A DNA stretch of 64,000 nucleotides from Eledone cirrhosa (taxonomy: Eukaryota): the NCBI GenBank assembly GCA_964016885.1, contig OZ024743.1, positions 112,158,001 through 112,222,000 on the forward strand, read 5' to 3'. The first letter of the stretch is position 1, and every line of letters begins with the position of its first letter. The notes below the pieces were generated by a model that saw only the letters and a list, made by a program, of their open reading frames with translations, was not told where the DNA came from and searched no databases. Below are positions 26,083-40,810 of the stretch, piece by piece. Both the position numbers and the translations under genes were made by a program.

Positions 26083-26742
26083 ATAATGGTTTCTGACTTA
26101 GGCTCAAGGCCAGCAATTTTTAGCGTAGAGGAAAGACGATTAAATCGACCCCAGTGCGTGAATGGTACTTTATTTTATCGACCTCGTAGGGGTGAAAGAC
26201 AAATCTAACCTCGGCGGGATTTGCACTCAGAATGTAAAGGGCCGCAACACTATTCCACGAAGCAGGGTGTCTGATACTCTGCCGATTCTGAATAATAAAA
26301 AACACAATTAATCTACTTCATATTGTATTACTACGAATAATAATTGTTTCTACTTTTGGCACAAGGCCAGCAATTACTCAGTACATTACTGGTACTTTAT
26401 TTTATCGACTCCGTAAGGATGAAAGGCAAAGTTAACTTCGGCGGGATTTGAACTCAGAATGGCAAGGGCCGTAACTCTATGCGTCAAAGCATGCCGTCCG
26501 ACCCTCTACCGATACTGGCAATTCACCATGAATTCTAATTTTGGTCCAATGCTAGCAATTTGGGGGAAAGTATTAAGTCGGTTATATCATCCGAAGCATT
26601 TTACTGGTGTTTTAGTTGATCGACATTGGAAGGATGAAAAGCAAATTTCTCCTTGGCCGGATTTGAAATTAGAATGTAGAAAGTCGTAACAAAATACATG
26701 AAACATTTTGTCGGACGCGATGTACGCATTCGCCACCTCCGC
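26083..26742 (-). mobile_element. Cluster of three co-oriented SINEs (~26083-26290, 26341-26527, 26530-26742)
   Basis: Three successive reverse-complement family matches of differing divergence. Confidence 0.85.
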
Positions 26743-26744
26743 CC

Positions 26745-27260
26745 AACCTTTCAGTGACAGATTCCTCGCAGCCCATTTCTGGGTGAGAGTGGCTAACTTC
26801 TCCTAATGTTTATCCATCTGGAGGTCTGGTCCGAACCAGAATTTACTGGCCTATCCGTCCATCGCCCGAAGCCGCTTTTGGACGGCATGGACTTGCTCCT
26901 CCAGGTGCCGAGCTGCAATCCCACCAACTTTTCCGGTTATAGTGTTGCGCCTGTCAACTACCTTCATTTCCGAGATGTTCGACACCATCACGGTGATGTC
27001 GGCTGCATATGTCGACACAGACTTCCTGCGTCCCGGTTCGGGCGGGGAGCACTGTAACAGCTCCAGCTTTCGCAGTAAAAGCTCAAGAGTCAATACGTAC
27101 AGTAGGGCTAAGATAGGGCACCAATCGGGAGATTTGACCACCAAACAGATGCTGCTGTGCATTGCGGCGATCCAGCCTCTGAAGACGGGACCGAAGCCAG
27201 CTGCCTTGAGGACAGCCTCCAGGTATTGATGGTCAACCCTATCGAAAGGTTTCGATTCAT
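26745..27260 (-). pseudogene. L1/Tx1-clade LINE reverse transcriptase fragment
   Basis: SKPFDRVDHQYLEAVLKAAGFGPVFRGWIAAMHSSI...CPILALLYVLTLELLLRKL...YAADITV (KAFDRV / QGCPLS / YADD motifs, internally deleted). Confidence 0.8.
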
Positions 27261-27966
27261 TTAAATGGATTTCTTACATTACAAAAAAAAAATGCATTTT
27301 TTTAGAACCACAAAATGGGTTTAAACCGGTACATTTTCACTTACCTTCGGAGAGAGATTAAAATATGTTCATTCTCCATATAAACCCTAGTAAATCAGTT
27401 AATAATAAACCCTTGAGACATTACAGACGCTGCTTTATTCCGTGTAAGTTTATGTCCAATTTTGCAGATTTATACCGACCGCAATCGGCCGAAAGTAGCA
27501 TCATTGGTTTCTGTAAGTCATCAGGCAAGCGTTGTAAATGTCTCATATATGTTGAGAGCCGTTCCAAATGTTCGAGAATTTCAAAATGTCTTATTTCAAC
27601 TTTGAGGATGAAGTGGAAGTCAGATATCAACATGTCAACTGGATATTAGTAGTCATAACAACCGGTTGAATTTAAACGTACGGCTATAGTATGCAACAGG
27701 GGTGAAACATAAAAACCCCGTAGTTATAAATTTAGCCGTGAAAAACAGAAAGAGCAACAACTCCATATACACCATCAAGAAATTACTTCATTACCACCAC
27801 CACCGCTTCTACTTCACCGTGATCACCACCAAAATCACTACTCCATAGCAACCCCTATTCGGTCACCAGTCGTCCATCATCGCCTCTATCACAGAAACAT
27901 TTGAAAACATGTACTGCTCACAGCATCACCATAAAAAAGCAGGTGAAAAAACTGTCACCAGTACTA

Positions 27967-28023
<57 letters not shown>

Positions 28024-28346
28024 ATGATATTACTGCTACTGCTGCCATTACTACTACTACTCACGTTAGCAATGCTTTGTCCAGTAACAACAAGAACTAC
28101 ACATCTACAACCACTACAACAAAAGAAAACATTAACCACAAAACAACATCAGTGACCAAGACAGTAGTAACATCATCTATGACAATGGCAGTAGTAACAA
28201 AAGACAACAGTAGAAATGATAGCAGTAACAGTTGTAACAACATATACATAGCATGGGAAACGAGTAAACAAGAACATTAATATTAGTGGTGATAAATATA
28301 ATTTCCTTAATGGTGATAATCATAATAATTATTATTATAAAAACAT

Positions 28347-28568
28347 TGGTGGGTTGACAGTCTCGGTAGAGCGTCCGACACAATGCTTCGCGGTATAGAG
28401 TTATGGCTCTTTACGTTCTGAGTTTAAATCCCGCCAAGCTTAGCTTTCCCTTTTATCATTACGGGGGTCGAAAATATAAAGCACCAGTAAGTACTACGGT
28501 CGATTTAATCGACATTTCCCTCCCCTTCAAATTGTTGGCTTTGTGCCTAAAGCAGAAACAATTATTAT
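28347..28568 (+). mobile_element. tRNA-derived SINE (long subtype)
   Basis: Family match with flanking direct repeat attattataaa.acatt (target-site duplication, TSD). Confidence 0.85.
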
Positions 28569-28879
28569 AAAGACATTCTTTAGCCCTGTAAGGCAGATTA
28601 ATAGAGATGGTATCTCAATGAAATTACACGCGGGAACGAAAATACCACAAACTACCCCCAATTAATCATGATGAACAGCAACAATAAACTAGTAAACAGC
28701 GTGAATGAAACTGGAACCCGGTACGGTGAAGGTACCTTGCTCAATATATATGGTGCTCTTCTTAACAGGAGATATGATCTGGACCTGAACGGTCGCTACC
28801 AAGTAACAGACACACAACAAATGAACGCGCAGTTAGGCACAAGTGGACGAAGGAAGAGTACGCTTCACTCATTGAATGT

Positions 28880-29520
28880 CATAAAAGAGCAAACCGGAAG
28901 GAAACCGTAAGGCGACACACTTTGGATTTTCCGATGTCAGAAAGTAAACTAATCAATGACGCGAGGATGAATCGGAGGAAAGGTTGGTTAACTAAGGTAG
29001 AAATATCTCGGATTTGTGATGGTTTAGGGAACCTGCAGATGAGTAGCAAAGGGAAGTTAAAGTAGAAACTAAAGCCATTTCTACAGTTGAAGCCAGAGGA
29101 AAATATATGCAATAGGAACAGAGAAATTATGATGGGATCATTAGGGCTGCTGAAAAGTAAGGTTATAGATTCAGCTCTGGTACTGATGAGGATAGTTATA
29201 CAAGAGGATGGAGCCAATTGGAGGATGAATCGATTGAATTCAAAGACAGCTTATGGGATTTTGCACTGCTTGATAGGGAAAAATAACAACTGACGGAAAC
29301 AAAGCAGAGTTTTTCAAAATAATCTTGGAGGAAACGACACGATGGCATAATGCGTTTAAGGTCAGATTGACGTAAATTTGAGCAGAGAGGGGTGGGGAAA
29401 GACCGCCAAGAGACCCAGAATTAGACAATAAGTAGGATGGTCGCATAACATCCATAAGCTTGATTGGTCATGCTTGGTTGGTCATGCTTGCTTCCGATGG
29501 AAACTGCTGTAAGGCTTGTC
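28880..29520 (-). pseudogene. Very decayed Jockey/CR1-superfamily LINE 3' region
   Basis: Weak residual motifs (RAESITLL.SSP; NQPFLRFI); low identity. Confidence 0.3.
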
Positions 29521-29657
29521 TGGGGACTGCCCGCACAGCACACACATGAAAAATAAAAATAAAAAATAAAAAGAAGAACGAAGGATGAAGAAGGATGATT
29601 GAAAACTCAAATTTCGTCACTGATACCACCCTCTTAATTCTTTTCACATGGCTAAAT

Positions 29658-29811
29658 ATTTGTCAACCAAAGACTAAATAATAAACTATTTGTCAAGAAG
29701 AGACTACAAGATATGATATTTGTCAATGGGAGACTAAAAGATAAGACATTAGTCAATCGGAGACTATAAAATCTATTTGTCACTCAGATACTACAAGTTA
29801 AGACATTTGTT
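29658..29811. repeat. ~30-bp degenerate minisatellite, 5 units
   Basis: ATTTGTCAA-N4-AGACTA.AA.AT repeated with a 27-30 bp period. Confidence 0.8.
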
Positions 29812-30778
29812 TAGTTATGTGTCGAGAAGTGGAATCAAAGTAGAACTATGTGGTAGCAAAATCACAATTGTTAAGCATACGCCTACACATACCCCTAACA
29901 CTTATATTCCTGTTCTCATTTTATCATTACTTCATGTAGCAGATAAAATGTGAATACTATATTTTGACCTTTTTTTTCTTTTGCTTACTGTGTAACTTTA
30001 TTATTGCAGTGAGAGCAGGGAAATAAGAATATCGTAAATGATAGGATTGCAATAATATGAAATAATGCTCACTTCAGGAAGAGAACTGGAAAACCTTTTT
30101 AACCTTCTCTGGGCATTCAGAAGATTTCCTTGTATCAAGGGAGGGACATATGATAGAAATAAATCGATTGAGAGATATTTAAAACTACATATGCTGAAAG
30201 AAAGAAAATATGGAAGTTAACGGGAGATAAATAGAGACGAAGAACGGATAAGAGAGAGTGAAGTGGAACGAGAGAAAGAACTGCAGAGGGGAATGAAATG
30301 GATATGGGGAGAAAAATGTCAATGATAAAGATATGTGAAGAGAGCAAAACAGCGAGAGAGAGAAAGAGAGTGGTCGGGAGATAAAGAGGGAGTATTGGGA
30401 AAACGAGGTGGAGATAAATAAACAAAGGTAGATAGATAAAGACAGAAAATTCTGAGAAAAAGAGCAGAATAGTGATTCTCGTAACAATTGCAGACCTCCC
30501 CTAGTACAGTAATGTCAATAATGTATATCATTTTGAAACAAAATATGCATGGTTACCTCTCGGACATTAGACTATAATCGATGGAGTAACGATTGTTAGA
30601 TATTTTCTTTTACAAATGTTTTCTGTGTAAGTATATGATAAGTGTGGTCTGGTATGGTGTTGTAATATATATGTGTCAGCAACTTGCTTAATGTTACCAG
30701 TTATTTGTTTTGAATCGGCAATTGTAATAATTTTGAACTATTCAATATAATAGATAAATGTTGTAATCTGCAACATTT

Positions 30779-30818
<40 letters not shown>

Positions 30819-30843
30819 AAAGGATATATATATACACACACAC

Positions 30844-30981
<138 letters not shown>

Positions 30982-31034
30982 GAATGTGTACTCTTGGGTA
31001 TGACATTAAACTGCATCAAGTGACAAAGCTTCAG

Positions 31035-31200
31035 TTCGAAAGTTTAGGAGCTGTGAAGAATCTGGAGTTATCTCTTAGTTGTCATCACTCCCAGTTCTGC
31101 TCTGACCCGGAACAGTAGTACCGGCTAGGGCCCAATTTATGGGTTAAATAATTACCTTACTTTTGTGGCGCCGGGGAAGTTTTATCAGCCATTGAAAGGG
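31035..31200. repeat. Dispersed repeat, copy 2 of 2315-2475
   Basis: Direct sequence similarity. Confidence 0.7.
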
Positions 31201-31496
31201 GAAAGGATATATGAGAGTGTGTGATTTTATATTTATATACAAAAAATATTCGGTCCAACTTTCAGATGAATAATGTTAGTTCGCAGTTATATATTTATTG
31301 TAAATCTGAAATAGGTATTATTAGTGACTATTCACTGTCACAAAATACCATGCTTGGCACCCGCCATAACTTCGAATTTACTAACCCTCCACTTGTATAT
31401 ATATATATATAAACAAATAGTAGAAAGGAAAAATATATTTTCAGTAGAAAATGTTGAAGAGATATTTTTAGTGAAATTTCAAAGTATTTATGTATT

Positions 31497-31536
31497 TGCA
31501 ATACCGGTTTCAGCATTAAAAGCATTGTCAATTGCA
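31497..31536 (-). ncRNA. Minimal type I hammerhead, U3-A8 covariant core
   Basis: TGCAA-TTGACAA-TGCTTTTAATGCT-GAAA-CCGG-TA^TTGCA. Confidence 0.72.
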
Positions 31537-34356
31537 GATATGCATATTTGTACAAATAGTGAAAATAATGATAACAAAAAAATATATAGAGAGGGAAGAA
31601 ACTTAATTTTCACCTACGTGATCCTTCAGAGAAGAAAGTAAATGTGCCTGTCCATCCTTCTCTGCTAATAGCTTTGTTGTGACTGGAGAGGGTAGAAGCA
31701 GGAGGGCAGAGGAGGAGAAGAAAGAGGGGAAGACCAAATATTATATAACCCTAGTACTCTCATCTTTAGAAGATGAAACATACTAAGAAAAGGCTCAACA
31801 CAACAGCCAATAGAAAATAATGAGAAACCTAAAAACTATAACAACCCGTTACAGAGAAGGACTTACCGTCAAGTAATACAACTATATCACTGACTTCAAA
31901 AGTAAACCCAGCCTTTTCTACGGAATCCCTAAGATACACAAAAGTGAAAAATTAAGTAAGGCATGCAAGGAAGCTACAGACATATTTATCAATGTCCACT
32001 CACCCAACGACCTCAACTTAAGACCTATAATAGCAGGTACCGCTTGTGAAACCCACTGCCTCAGCAACTACCTAGATATCCCGTTAAAACCATTCCTGAA
32101 ACACAGTAAAAGCTACATAAGGGACGTCCTCGATATGCTCAACCACTCCCCAAAACACTTAACAATGAACATACCCTACTAGTGTCTTTTGATGTAGTCA
32201 ACCTTTATTCCAATATCCCACACAACCTAGGAATAGAGAAAATCCAATTTTGCTTAGAAAATTACCCCCAATAAACTACAACATACTCACCGCATCATAA
32301 AATAATTCGTAATAGAATGGCTCAAATTTATCTTGGAGAATAACTACTTCGAATACGATGCCAAATTCTACAGACAGAAATCCGGGACTGCCATGAGCAC
32401 GAAAACGCCCCCCCCCCCCCCCCCGCTCTTACGCCAACCTCGTTATGGGATACTTGGAAATCACCCTTTACCGAAAAGTACTAGATAAATACGGAAACCG
32501 CTTCTACCTTCACATAGAAAAAAAAACTGGAAGAGATATCTGGATGATTGCTTCATCCTCTGGCATGAATGTATAGAAAGACTTTTCGAATTTAAAACAC
32601 TTCTAAATGGACTCAACACAAACATTCAATTTACAATGAAATACAGCCACGAACAACTTCCTTTCCTCGACATCCTTATCAAGAAAACCAACAACAAAAT
32701 AGAAACAGACATATACTATAAACCCACAGACTCCAAACAGTAACTTCCATTCAACTCATGCCATCCTAGACACACTAAAATGAGCATTCGCTACAACCTA
32801 GCCAAAAAGATCTGCAAAATAGTATCTGATAAATACACATGCTACATACGACTAGAAGAATTAAAGAACACACTTATTAGCAGGAATTACCCACCATCCC
32901 TAATCAACAATGGATTCCAACGTGCCCTAAAACTCAACATCCAGGAACTTAGACACCCCAATTCAAGGAATGTATCAAAACAGAAAATTCTACGATACAT
33001 CTCCACACACAATTCCCTTAACAATGAGGCATTCGACACCATCCTCCAGAACATACCTAACTAAAAAGAAACCTAAGAATGAACCAAATCCTCCAAACGT
33101 ACAATATCATAAAAAGCAAAAGACAACCTAAATCAATAAAAAAACATCCTTACACAGGCCAAAGTCCAGTCGATCCCCCACAATGAACCCTACAGTAAAA
33201 AATGTGGAAGACCCAACTGTGGTATATGTATCAATCTAATAGAGGGTTCGGAGTTCCACTTCAAACAAGGACAACACTTTCATATGTGCATCAGAAAGCC
33301 TGATCTATGTGTTGACCTGCTCAGGTTGTCTAGAGAACTACATAGGACAGACCAAAAACAGTCTCCGACAACGTACGACCGTCCATAGATCCCAAATCAA
33401 AAGACGGGAATACAGAAAGATAACACTAAGTGAACACATCGCACTTGTGCATCTAATGAACAACCCAATTTTAAAATTGTCCACATCCCCAAATTCAAAG
33501 ACAACACTTCCTACATCCAACGCATTAGCAAGGAATAACACTTTTTCGCCAAATACGAACCCCTTCTAATTGCTTCCACTTAGGACTAAATCAAAGCTGA
33601 CACACTTTAAAATCAACACCCTAGACAAATTACCTCTTTAGCAATGTATCCTTCTCCAATATTCCAGCAACCTCTGACAACTATATAATGCAGACCAAGC
33701 AACCACATAGTAACACCCACATCAGCAAGTCCTGGAGGACCTCCACGAAGATAATCGGATAAATGGAAACATTCAGGTGCCAAACTAAATGCTTTACATT
33801 CCCCTGAATCTGGAAGCTTCTACTGAAGACAGAATTGGTATTCCAGTGGCTCTGAACCCGCCTTTGTAGCAACATTTTCTCAATCCCCCTAAATCTAATA
33901 CCCTGCTAGGGATGGAATTAATATTTCAACTCTAAATCACCTTTGTGGCAAAAATAACAAGGTCAATATTGATGATTTATTCTAAGAAAAAATAGCAACA
34001 TAGAAAACTTTTAGAAGCAACCCCCCCCCCTTTCCCCGGTCAACTATAAGGTCACAGAGCCTTTCAAACCAATCCTAGCCAATCCTTGTATCCACAATTC
34101 AAAGTGTCCCACATAGCAATCGGCAGCCACAACAACCATCCCTGGTCTCCTCCCCCTCCTCCTTCTTCTCCTCTCCCATCCTGTTTCTACCCTCTCCATT
34201 CACAACATAGCCAAATTAACTTTCTTCTCTGAAGGATCACGTATGGGAAAATTGACTTTTCTTCCCCTCTCTCTCTCTATATATATATATTTTTTTTTAT
34301 TATCATTATTTTCACTATTTGAACAGGTATGCAACTTAACAATAATCTGCATATCC

Positions 34357-34394
34357 GCAATTGACAATGCATTTAATGCTGAAACCGGTATTGT
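34357..34394 (+). ncRNA. Minimal type I hammerhead, U3-A8 covariant core
   Basis: GCAA-TTGACAA-T-GCAT-tta-ATGC-T-GAAA-CCGG-TA^TTGT. Confidence 0.72.
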
Positions 34395-34403
34395 AAATAA
34401 ATT

Positions 34404-34507
34404 AATTGTTTATACTTTTGGAACAGGGCCAGCACATACCCAGTGCATTACTGGTACTTTATTTTATCGACCCCGTATGGATGAAAGGCAAAGTTAACCT
34501 CGGCGGG
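34404..34507 (-). mobile_element. 5'-truncated SINE inserted in the PLE 3' pLTR
   Basis: Family 3' half flanked by the TSD ggtattgtaa(a/g)taaattaat. Confidence 0.85.
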
Positions 34508-34698
34508 TATTGTAAGTAAATTAATGCTTTGAAATTTCACTAAAAATATCTCTTCAACATTCTCTGCTGAAAATATATTTTTCCTTTCTACTATTTGTTT
34601 TTATATATATCAGCTCGTGTGCTACCTCTTTACATTCGTTGTATATACATATATATATATATGTATGTATATATATATATATGTATATACAACGAATG

Positions 34699-34800
<102 letters not shown>

Positions 34801-35553
34801 TGTGTGTGTGTGTAGGCGTGTGTATACAATTTAGAGATTCTCAATCAAAGATGTCAATTCAAAAATATTGATTCTTCGTCAATTGTTTCTTTTAATGCAG
34901 ATAAATATACAATTAATAGATGATAAACGCTGAAAATCATTGCCTTATTGATGTAAACATAATGTAAACACCAATTTATCTAAATCATCTCATCGGTCAA
35001 AACAAACATCAAAATTGTTATGTCAACTCATATAGAAAAATACACGGAATAACCAGTAGATAGACATTATCGGTATGGGCAAAGAATGTATTCATATTAG
35101 AATACCCTGTATTAACAAATTATAAAATATGAATTATAGACTATTCAGTTTAGTGTAGATATTACAGATTCAAATATACCGGATTTTACCAAAGCGAAAA
35201 CAAGAAGGGAATTACTCTTTATAACTGACAACTCATACAGACAATGTCAATTACCTCTTTCAAATAATTCCTTAGGTGAACAGACGTACAAACCCGAAGC
35301 CACGAACGATTATATCCAAGAGACCCTTGCACGTATATATAAGAAACGTATTAAGGATTGGTATGTTTGGCGGACTATCACGAAACGTTTTATTATGCTC
35401 TGTAATACATTTATATTCAGTTATCCTGACCTTACATCATGCATCACAACTTTCTATCAGTTTGAGTTGCATGATTGCTGGCAATTATAATATATTTAGC
35501 TTGATATATATATATGTGTGAGTTAAATGGATACTTCCTTTCATAATTCAATT

Positions 35554-35657
<104 letters not shown>

Positions 35658-37960
35658 ATGTATACGCATGTAAGCATGCACTTCCTGTGAGCGTACGTGT
35701 GTGTATCTTGCCTAATGACTTCTTGAGTAATTTTACAATCTTATTCAGACACTTGTGATTTAATCCATATGATAGTAGAGAAGCCTTATTTCGTATGGCA
35801 ATGAAATAGAAAAGAAAACTTTGTATGTATGAGTGCATGTCAGCAAGTATATTATGTTAACCTTATAAACTAGTACACGTGATGCCAATTTAGAATAACT
35901 AGTAAGAGCCTAGCCGCTAAGTAAAAATCTTTTCATATGATTTCCTAGAAATATATGCAGTAACTAGAAAGGTCAAGGTATAATTACTGAGATAGTACTA
36001 CATGCCAAAGATCAGATGTTAGATAACTGTAAATAGTAAAACTAAATCGTGAGGAAAATGCCTCTTTATAATTATTAACAAATCGTTGCACTTGTAATGT
36101 GAAATTGAAGTTCATATCTAATATTTCGAAGAGTAGTGCATGTCAAACTTTAATTAATAGTTACCCTCGTATTCAATTACATGGGAATAGAGCTAGTGAG
36201 TGGTTATAAGCCATAGGGTGATGTAACCTTCACTGAGAACATCATCTTCGTTGTACAGTATGTCTCAGAAAAGACAGCTTGGCAGAGATAATGATAATGC
36301 AAAATTTGGCGTATCGAAAACGAAAAAAAAATGACGGTGTTTGACGAAATAATTGTCCATTTAAACATCCTGCCATTCTCTAGATGCTCACTGGAATGAT
36401 ATGAATGAAGGTGCGATACTATCACAGCATGATGAACGAGGTAGTTGAGTGATAAATGTCTTAATCAGGGAACCAGTACTCTGGTGACAATATGGCCTGT
36501 AGAATAGCAACAAAATATTTCAGTTAAATATATAATCGGTAGTGGCTAGACGGAAAAGCAATGTTTTAGAAACATTAGACACCGTCGACCGATTAGTAAT
36601 TCAAGTGTTCACATTCGGCAAGTGCCGATACAATTGAAGCAAAATACGATAAGAAATACAGTTAACCTACATTTAATGACAATACTGATTTTTAAAAGAC
36701 AGAATTAGACGGAAAACAATATAATTAATTGAATTAACAAGTCATAACCGAAGTATGCCTTGGAATATATTATTTATTTTAATATATTTAACCGTCCCTA
36801 TAGACCTAGTTACCTATTCCAGAGTAGAAGTAATTAATACCCTTTATAATTAAGAAACAAATACAAGAGAGTGAGAAAAAGGAAATAGAGTGAAGACAAA
36901 AGAAACATCAATAAAACATACGGTGAAAAACAAGGTCAACTATAAAACAACTAAAGGTATCTGCAGAAGATATAGTTTATTGTTGGTAGAGCCTTTATAT
37001 ATATATGAGACAGTAAACCCATGGACATTGACGTTGACTGAAGAATAGCTTGGGATATTTCCTCATCTGTAAGAAATTCTAACTAGAATCTTACCAAAAT
37101 ATATTTACAAAGGATAACGATAAAGAAATATACAAATACTTAATTGTATGACTACATTATTGATTTTAATTGTGCATATTCAATCAAGATTAATCGAACG
37201 AGAAATAAATATTACAGTAACAACATATAACAGAGATGAGATATTTATGTGCGTATGTGTGGTAAACATGTTTCTGTGTGTTTGAGTGTATGAGTGTGTG
37301 TGTATGTGTATGTGTGTGGGGGTGGGGGTGAAATATATGTGTGTACTCAATATATCTGTATTTTCAAAATGCAATGTTTACTTTGTTCTTCTGACACTAA
37401 AATTAGCAATATTTGACTGAAACATTGGCCTCGTTTTCAACAATTTCAATTGTCGCTCTCTCAAAATCTATCGCATAAATTGAATATGTAAACTATGTCT
37501 ATATCCTGAAAGAATTGCAGAAAATGCGCTTAATTTTTCTAGTACATTTTGATTGTGGATGCATGAAATGACAACGTCCGAGTGAAGAAAATGCCAGAGC
37601 TCAAAACAGGATAAAACAATAAGAAAAACATATGTATTCGAAAATACGCATGGCTAGATATAAAACAAAAATAAGTTTCACTGTGTAAAGATATAAAACT
37701 GTACATAGTAAAACAAATGTTTTAAAATTTGAAAAGATTTAATTAACGTTACAAGGTTATTATATCGGATCGTTCCCAGTAGGGGCTGGACGTTTATCAA
37801 GTTAGAACTTGGTTTTCTATATTTGCACGTAAACAAGAATGTTAAAAAATATAGTCATATATTTGATGCACCAGTCAGATTTGACTGTCAGGAAAAGTCA
37901 ATAGGATTTAATTTCAATTACGTATGTGCGCACAATACGGACAAACACGCATCATAATAT

Positions 37961-38039
<79 letters not shown>

Positions 38040-38935
38040 CATAGTTAATAGGTGAATCAAACTAAACACAAGATGCAATTTTTACACAGTTATATTAGAT
38101 TCAGAGATGGATAGACAGATGCATAAATAGATAGATATAGGCTTATATGTGTGCTTTTATGTAGGGTATGAGTAAGTTCGTATACATTTATGTATGATGA
38201 CATACATAAATGTGTTAAGTGTTTTAACAACGACCTAATATAAATATGTCCTCTTGTTTATCGCTTGGACTTATCTACTTTTACGGGTCATTCTGCTTTC
38301 TTTTTTATTCGGTATACGCATGTGTCTATGTATGGGTGTATGTGATAGTGTGTACAGATCACTGTGTCAGTGAATCTAATAGTTTGAACGCCCGTGTAGC
38401 GCGTAGAGAGAGAAATATAAATGAGTATATACATACGCACATATGTTTATGTGTGGATGTGAACGCAATTCTGTTTGTGTGATCGTTCAATATAAACAGA
38501 CGCCATGCCATTTTGGAACTTTGTGGTCTCATCATTTATTTATTCAATTATTTATGATACAATCCTCGGTGTCATGTACTGAATATATTATCCATATACT
38601 TCCATTCTGCTAGCGTAGGGAGCTTCATGCTGAATAGTACAAACAAAATGGCCGATCTACAAAACAATGAAATCGCTCCTTGACCTTTTTCGTTTTGCCC
38701 CATTGTATCTATGTTTCTGAGTTCGCACACCACGAATGCTCACTTACATATGTGCAAACATATTCATGAGTATGTGTGTATTCATACATAGATACATAGA
38801 AATATATAGAAACACACAAAAAGAAAGAGTTTCATACACCTGAACGCACACATACACACACATATCAAAGGCTTACTAATATATACAAATATATGTATGT
38901 GTCAATATATGTAGGATACACGCACACATCATGCC

Positions 38936-39043
<108 letters not shown>

Positions 39044-39373
39044 TATGCATGAATGTATTAGCGTGAATACATGCATAAATACATATATATACTTGCATTC
39101 AAATATACACAAGTGTATGTACGTGTGCATGTTTGTTTTGTATTTATATATTTACTTATCGATGTATATACATATGAATGGATGGATGTGTGGTAAGAAC
39201 CAGTAACAATGGCTTTAAAAGAAACTCAAAAAGGTCAGGACAATCTTTCAAGAATTTTACTCAAAGGCCGTCACGGATGTTGTACTTTGAAACACCAAAC
39301 AACACCCGTACACACAAACACATATTTAGATCCATGCACGAATCTTCCCGAAGAACCATACACACACATACAC

Positions 39374-39411
<38 letters not shown>

Positions 39412-40559
39412 GCACGCACACATACATACATACATACATACATACATACATACATACATACATACATACATACATGCATGCATGCTATCGTGAGTTTTAT
39501 TTCGTTTAGCGGTTTCACTACCGTTGTCGGTTCATTCATGCTCCTATCACATGTTGCGATTGCTCATACTGTTTATTGTTAATGCTATTGTCATTGTTGT
39601 TGCTGCTAATTTTTTTATTGTTGCTGCTATTGAGGTTGTTCTTATTGTTATTGTTGTTTAGATATTGTACATACTAATGCTGAAATTCAGATATGTTTAT
39701 ATTTGTTTATGTTTTGTTGATGTTTGATGTGTTTATATTATCTGTAGCATTGATGTATGTTTCTGTTGGGAACTTCATAAATACGGTGAACTTATAGTAT
39801 TGCGAGTAAATCTGTTTTTGGAAGTATTGCTGGTGAGTTGTTGCGTTTGCTGTTGTGGTTGTTTCCATTGTTGTTGGTTCAATACATTACAGATCTAAAT
39901 AACCATATAGATGTTAAAAGTATTCCAAGTGTGTCCATCTTTTCTACTCGTGTAATATACATCTAGACTGTATTAATATGGCTTCGCTTTTCAATGTTAC
40001 TGATATTTAACCCAATGCCAGCTCTGTTCAAGCTGATTTACACCCATTCCTATCGCGTTTTGATTTGTATATTCTTTCAGTATAGTCTAGCAAAACTTTT
40101 TTCAAGGTTTTAAGAACATCATGCAATATCTAAATAAAATGGGGTTGCTTTGTCTAATATATTTTGGGGTATAGTGTAGCATAGATTGCATTCGTAAATG
40201 TGTCCTTCTTATTCTTTTTTTTCTTTTTAAGATTTTAAGATAATTGAGCAAGATTTGAGTGAAATGTTACTACCTTTTCTGGGATAATTTATCAGTATAG
40301 TGTAACATGAATTACATCGTCATACACTTTTTTGCCAAAATTATAAACCTTCAATCATGATTTGATTGATATGTCATCTTATTAGAGTATTTATTAGGGA
40401 TTTGTTGCTCTTAATAATAATATGGAAGGTAGTGAATTGGCAAATTGTTAGTAAGTCGAACAGAATGCTTGTGGTATTCGTTCCAGCTCTCCTCTTTCCT
40501 AACTTATAACTCGAAGGGTCATGGTGGCAGATCGCTAAAACGTGGCTTCCAACGAGTCC

Positions 40560-40810
40560 CGTCAGAAGCAAGCATCTCCAATAGATCCAACTTGATCTCT
40601 GAGCCTGACGAGTCGAGCTCATGAATGTTATCAAACTATCTTGCTAGGCGGCAGCCCTAGTTCTCCCACCGATTCGTTTTACCCGTAAAATGTATTCAGT
40701 GCTTCGTTCCTGAGATATCCTAACCACATTCCCGTAGTATCGGAACTGTAATTTGCTAATTCCTAGACGTTGTTGCTCTACCCGGAGTGGCGCTCTGATT
40801 TCTGAGCTAC
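40560..40810 (-). pseudogene. RTE-type LINE C-terminal fragment
   Basis: SEIRAPLRVEQQRL.ISKLQFRYYGNVVRISQER...RIGGRTR (QLRYFGHV.R-like). Confidence 0.6.

Larger units (their letters stand above)
31410..34602 (+). mobile_element. Decayed Neptune-type Penelope-like element with inverted 5' pLTR (31410-31736) and direct 3' pLTR (~34143-34602)
   Basis: FYGIPKIHKS, LRPIIAG, SFDVVNLYSNIPH, GTAM, WKRYLDDCF, LPFLDILI, KCGRPNCGIC, IYVLTCSGCLENYIGQT..LRQR..VH, with stops and frameshifts. Terminal regions are diverged reverse complements. Both ends abut (TA)n. Confidence 0.9.

Noticed and set aside
27467-27511. 45-nt candidate microexon (ttttgcag...gtaagt)
   Set aside because: Splice-like signals alone are expected by chance in 64 kb; no partner exons identified.
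29658-29811. CRISPR-like array
   Set aside because: No spacer-length unique segments, degenerate repeats, no cas genes, eukaryotic context.
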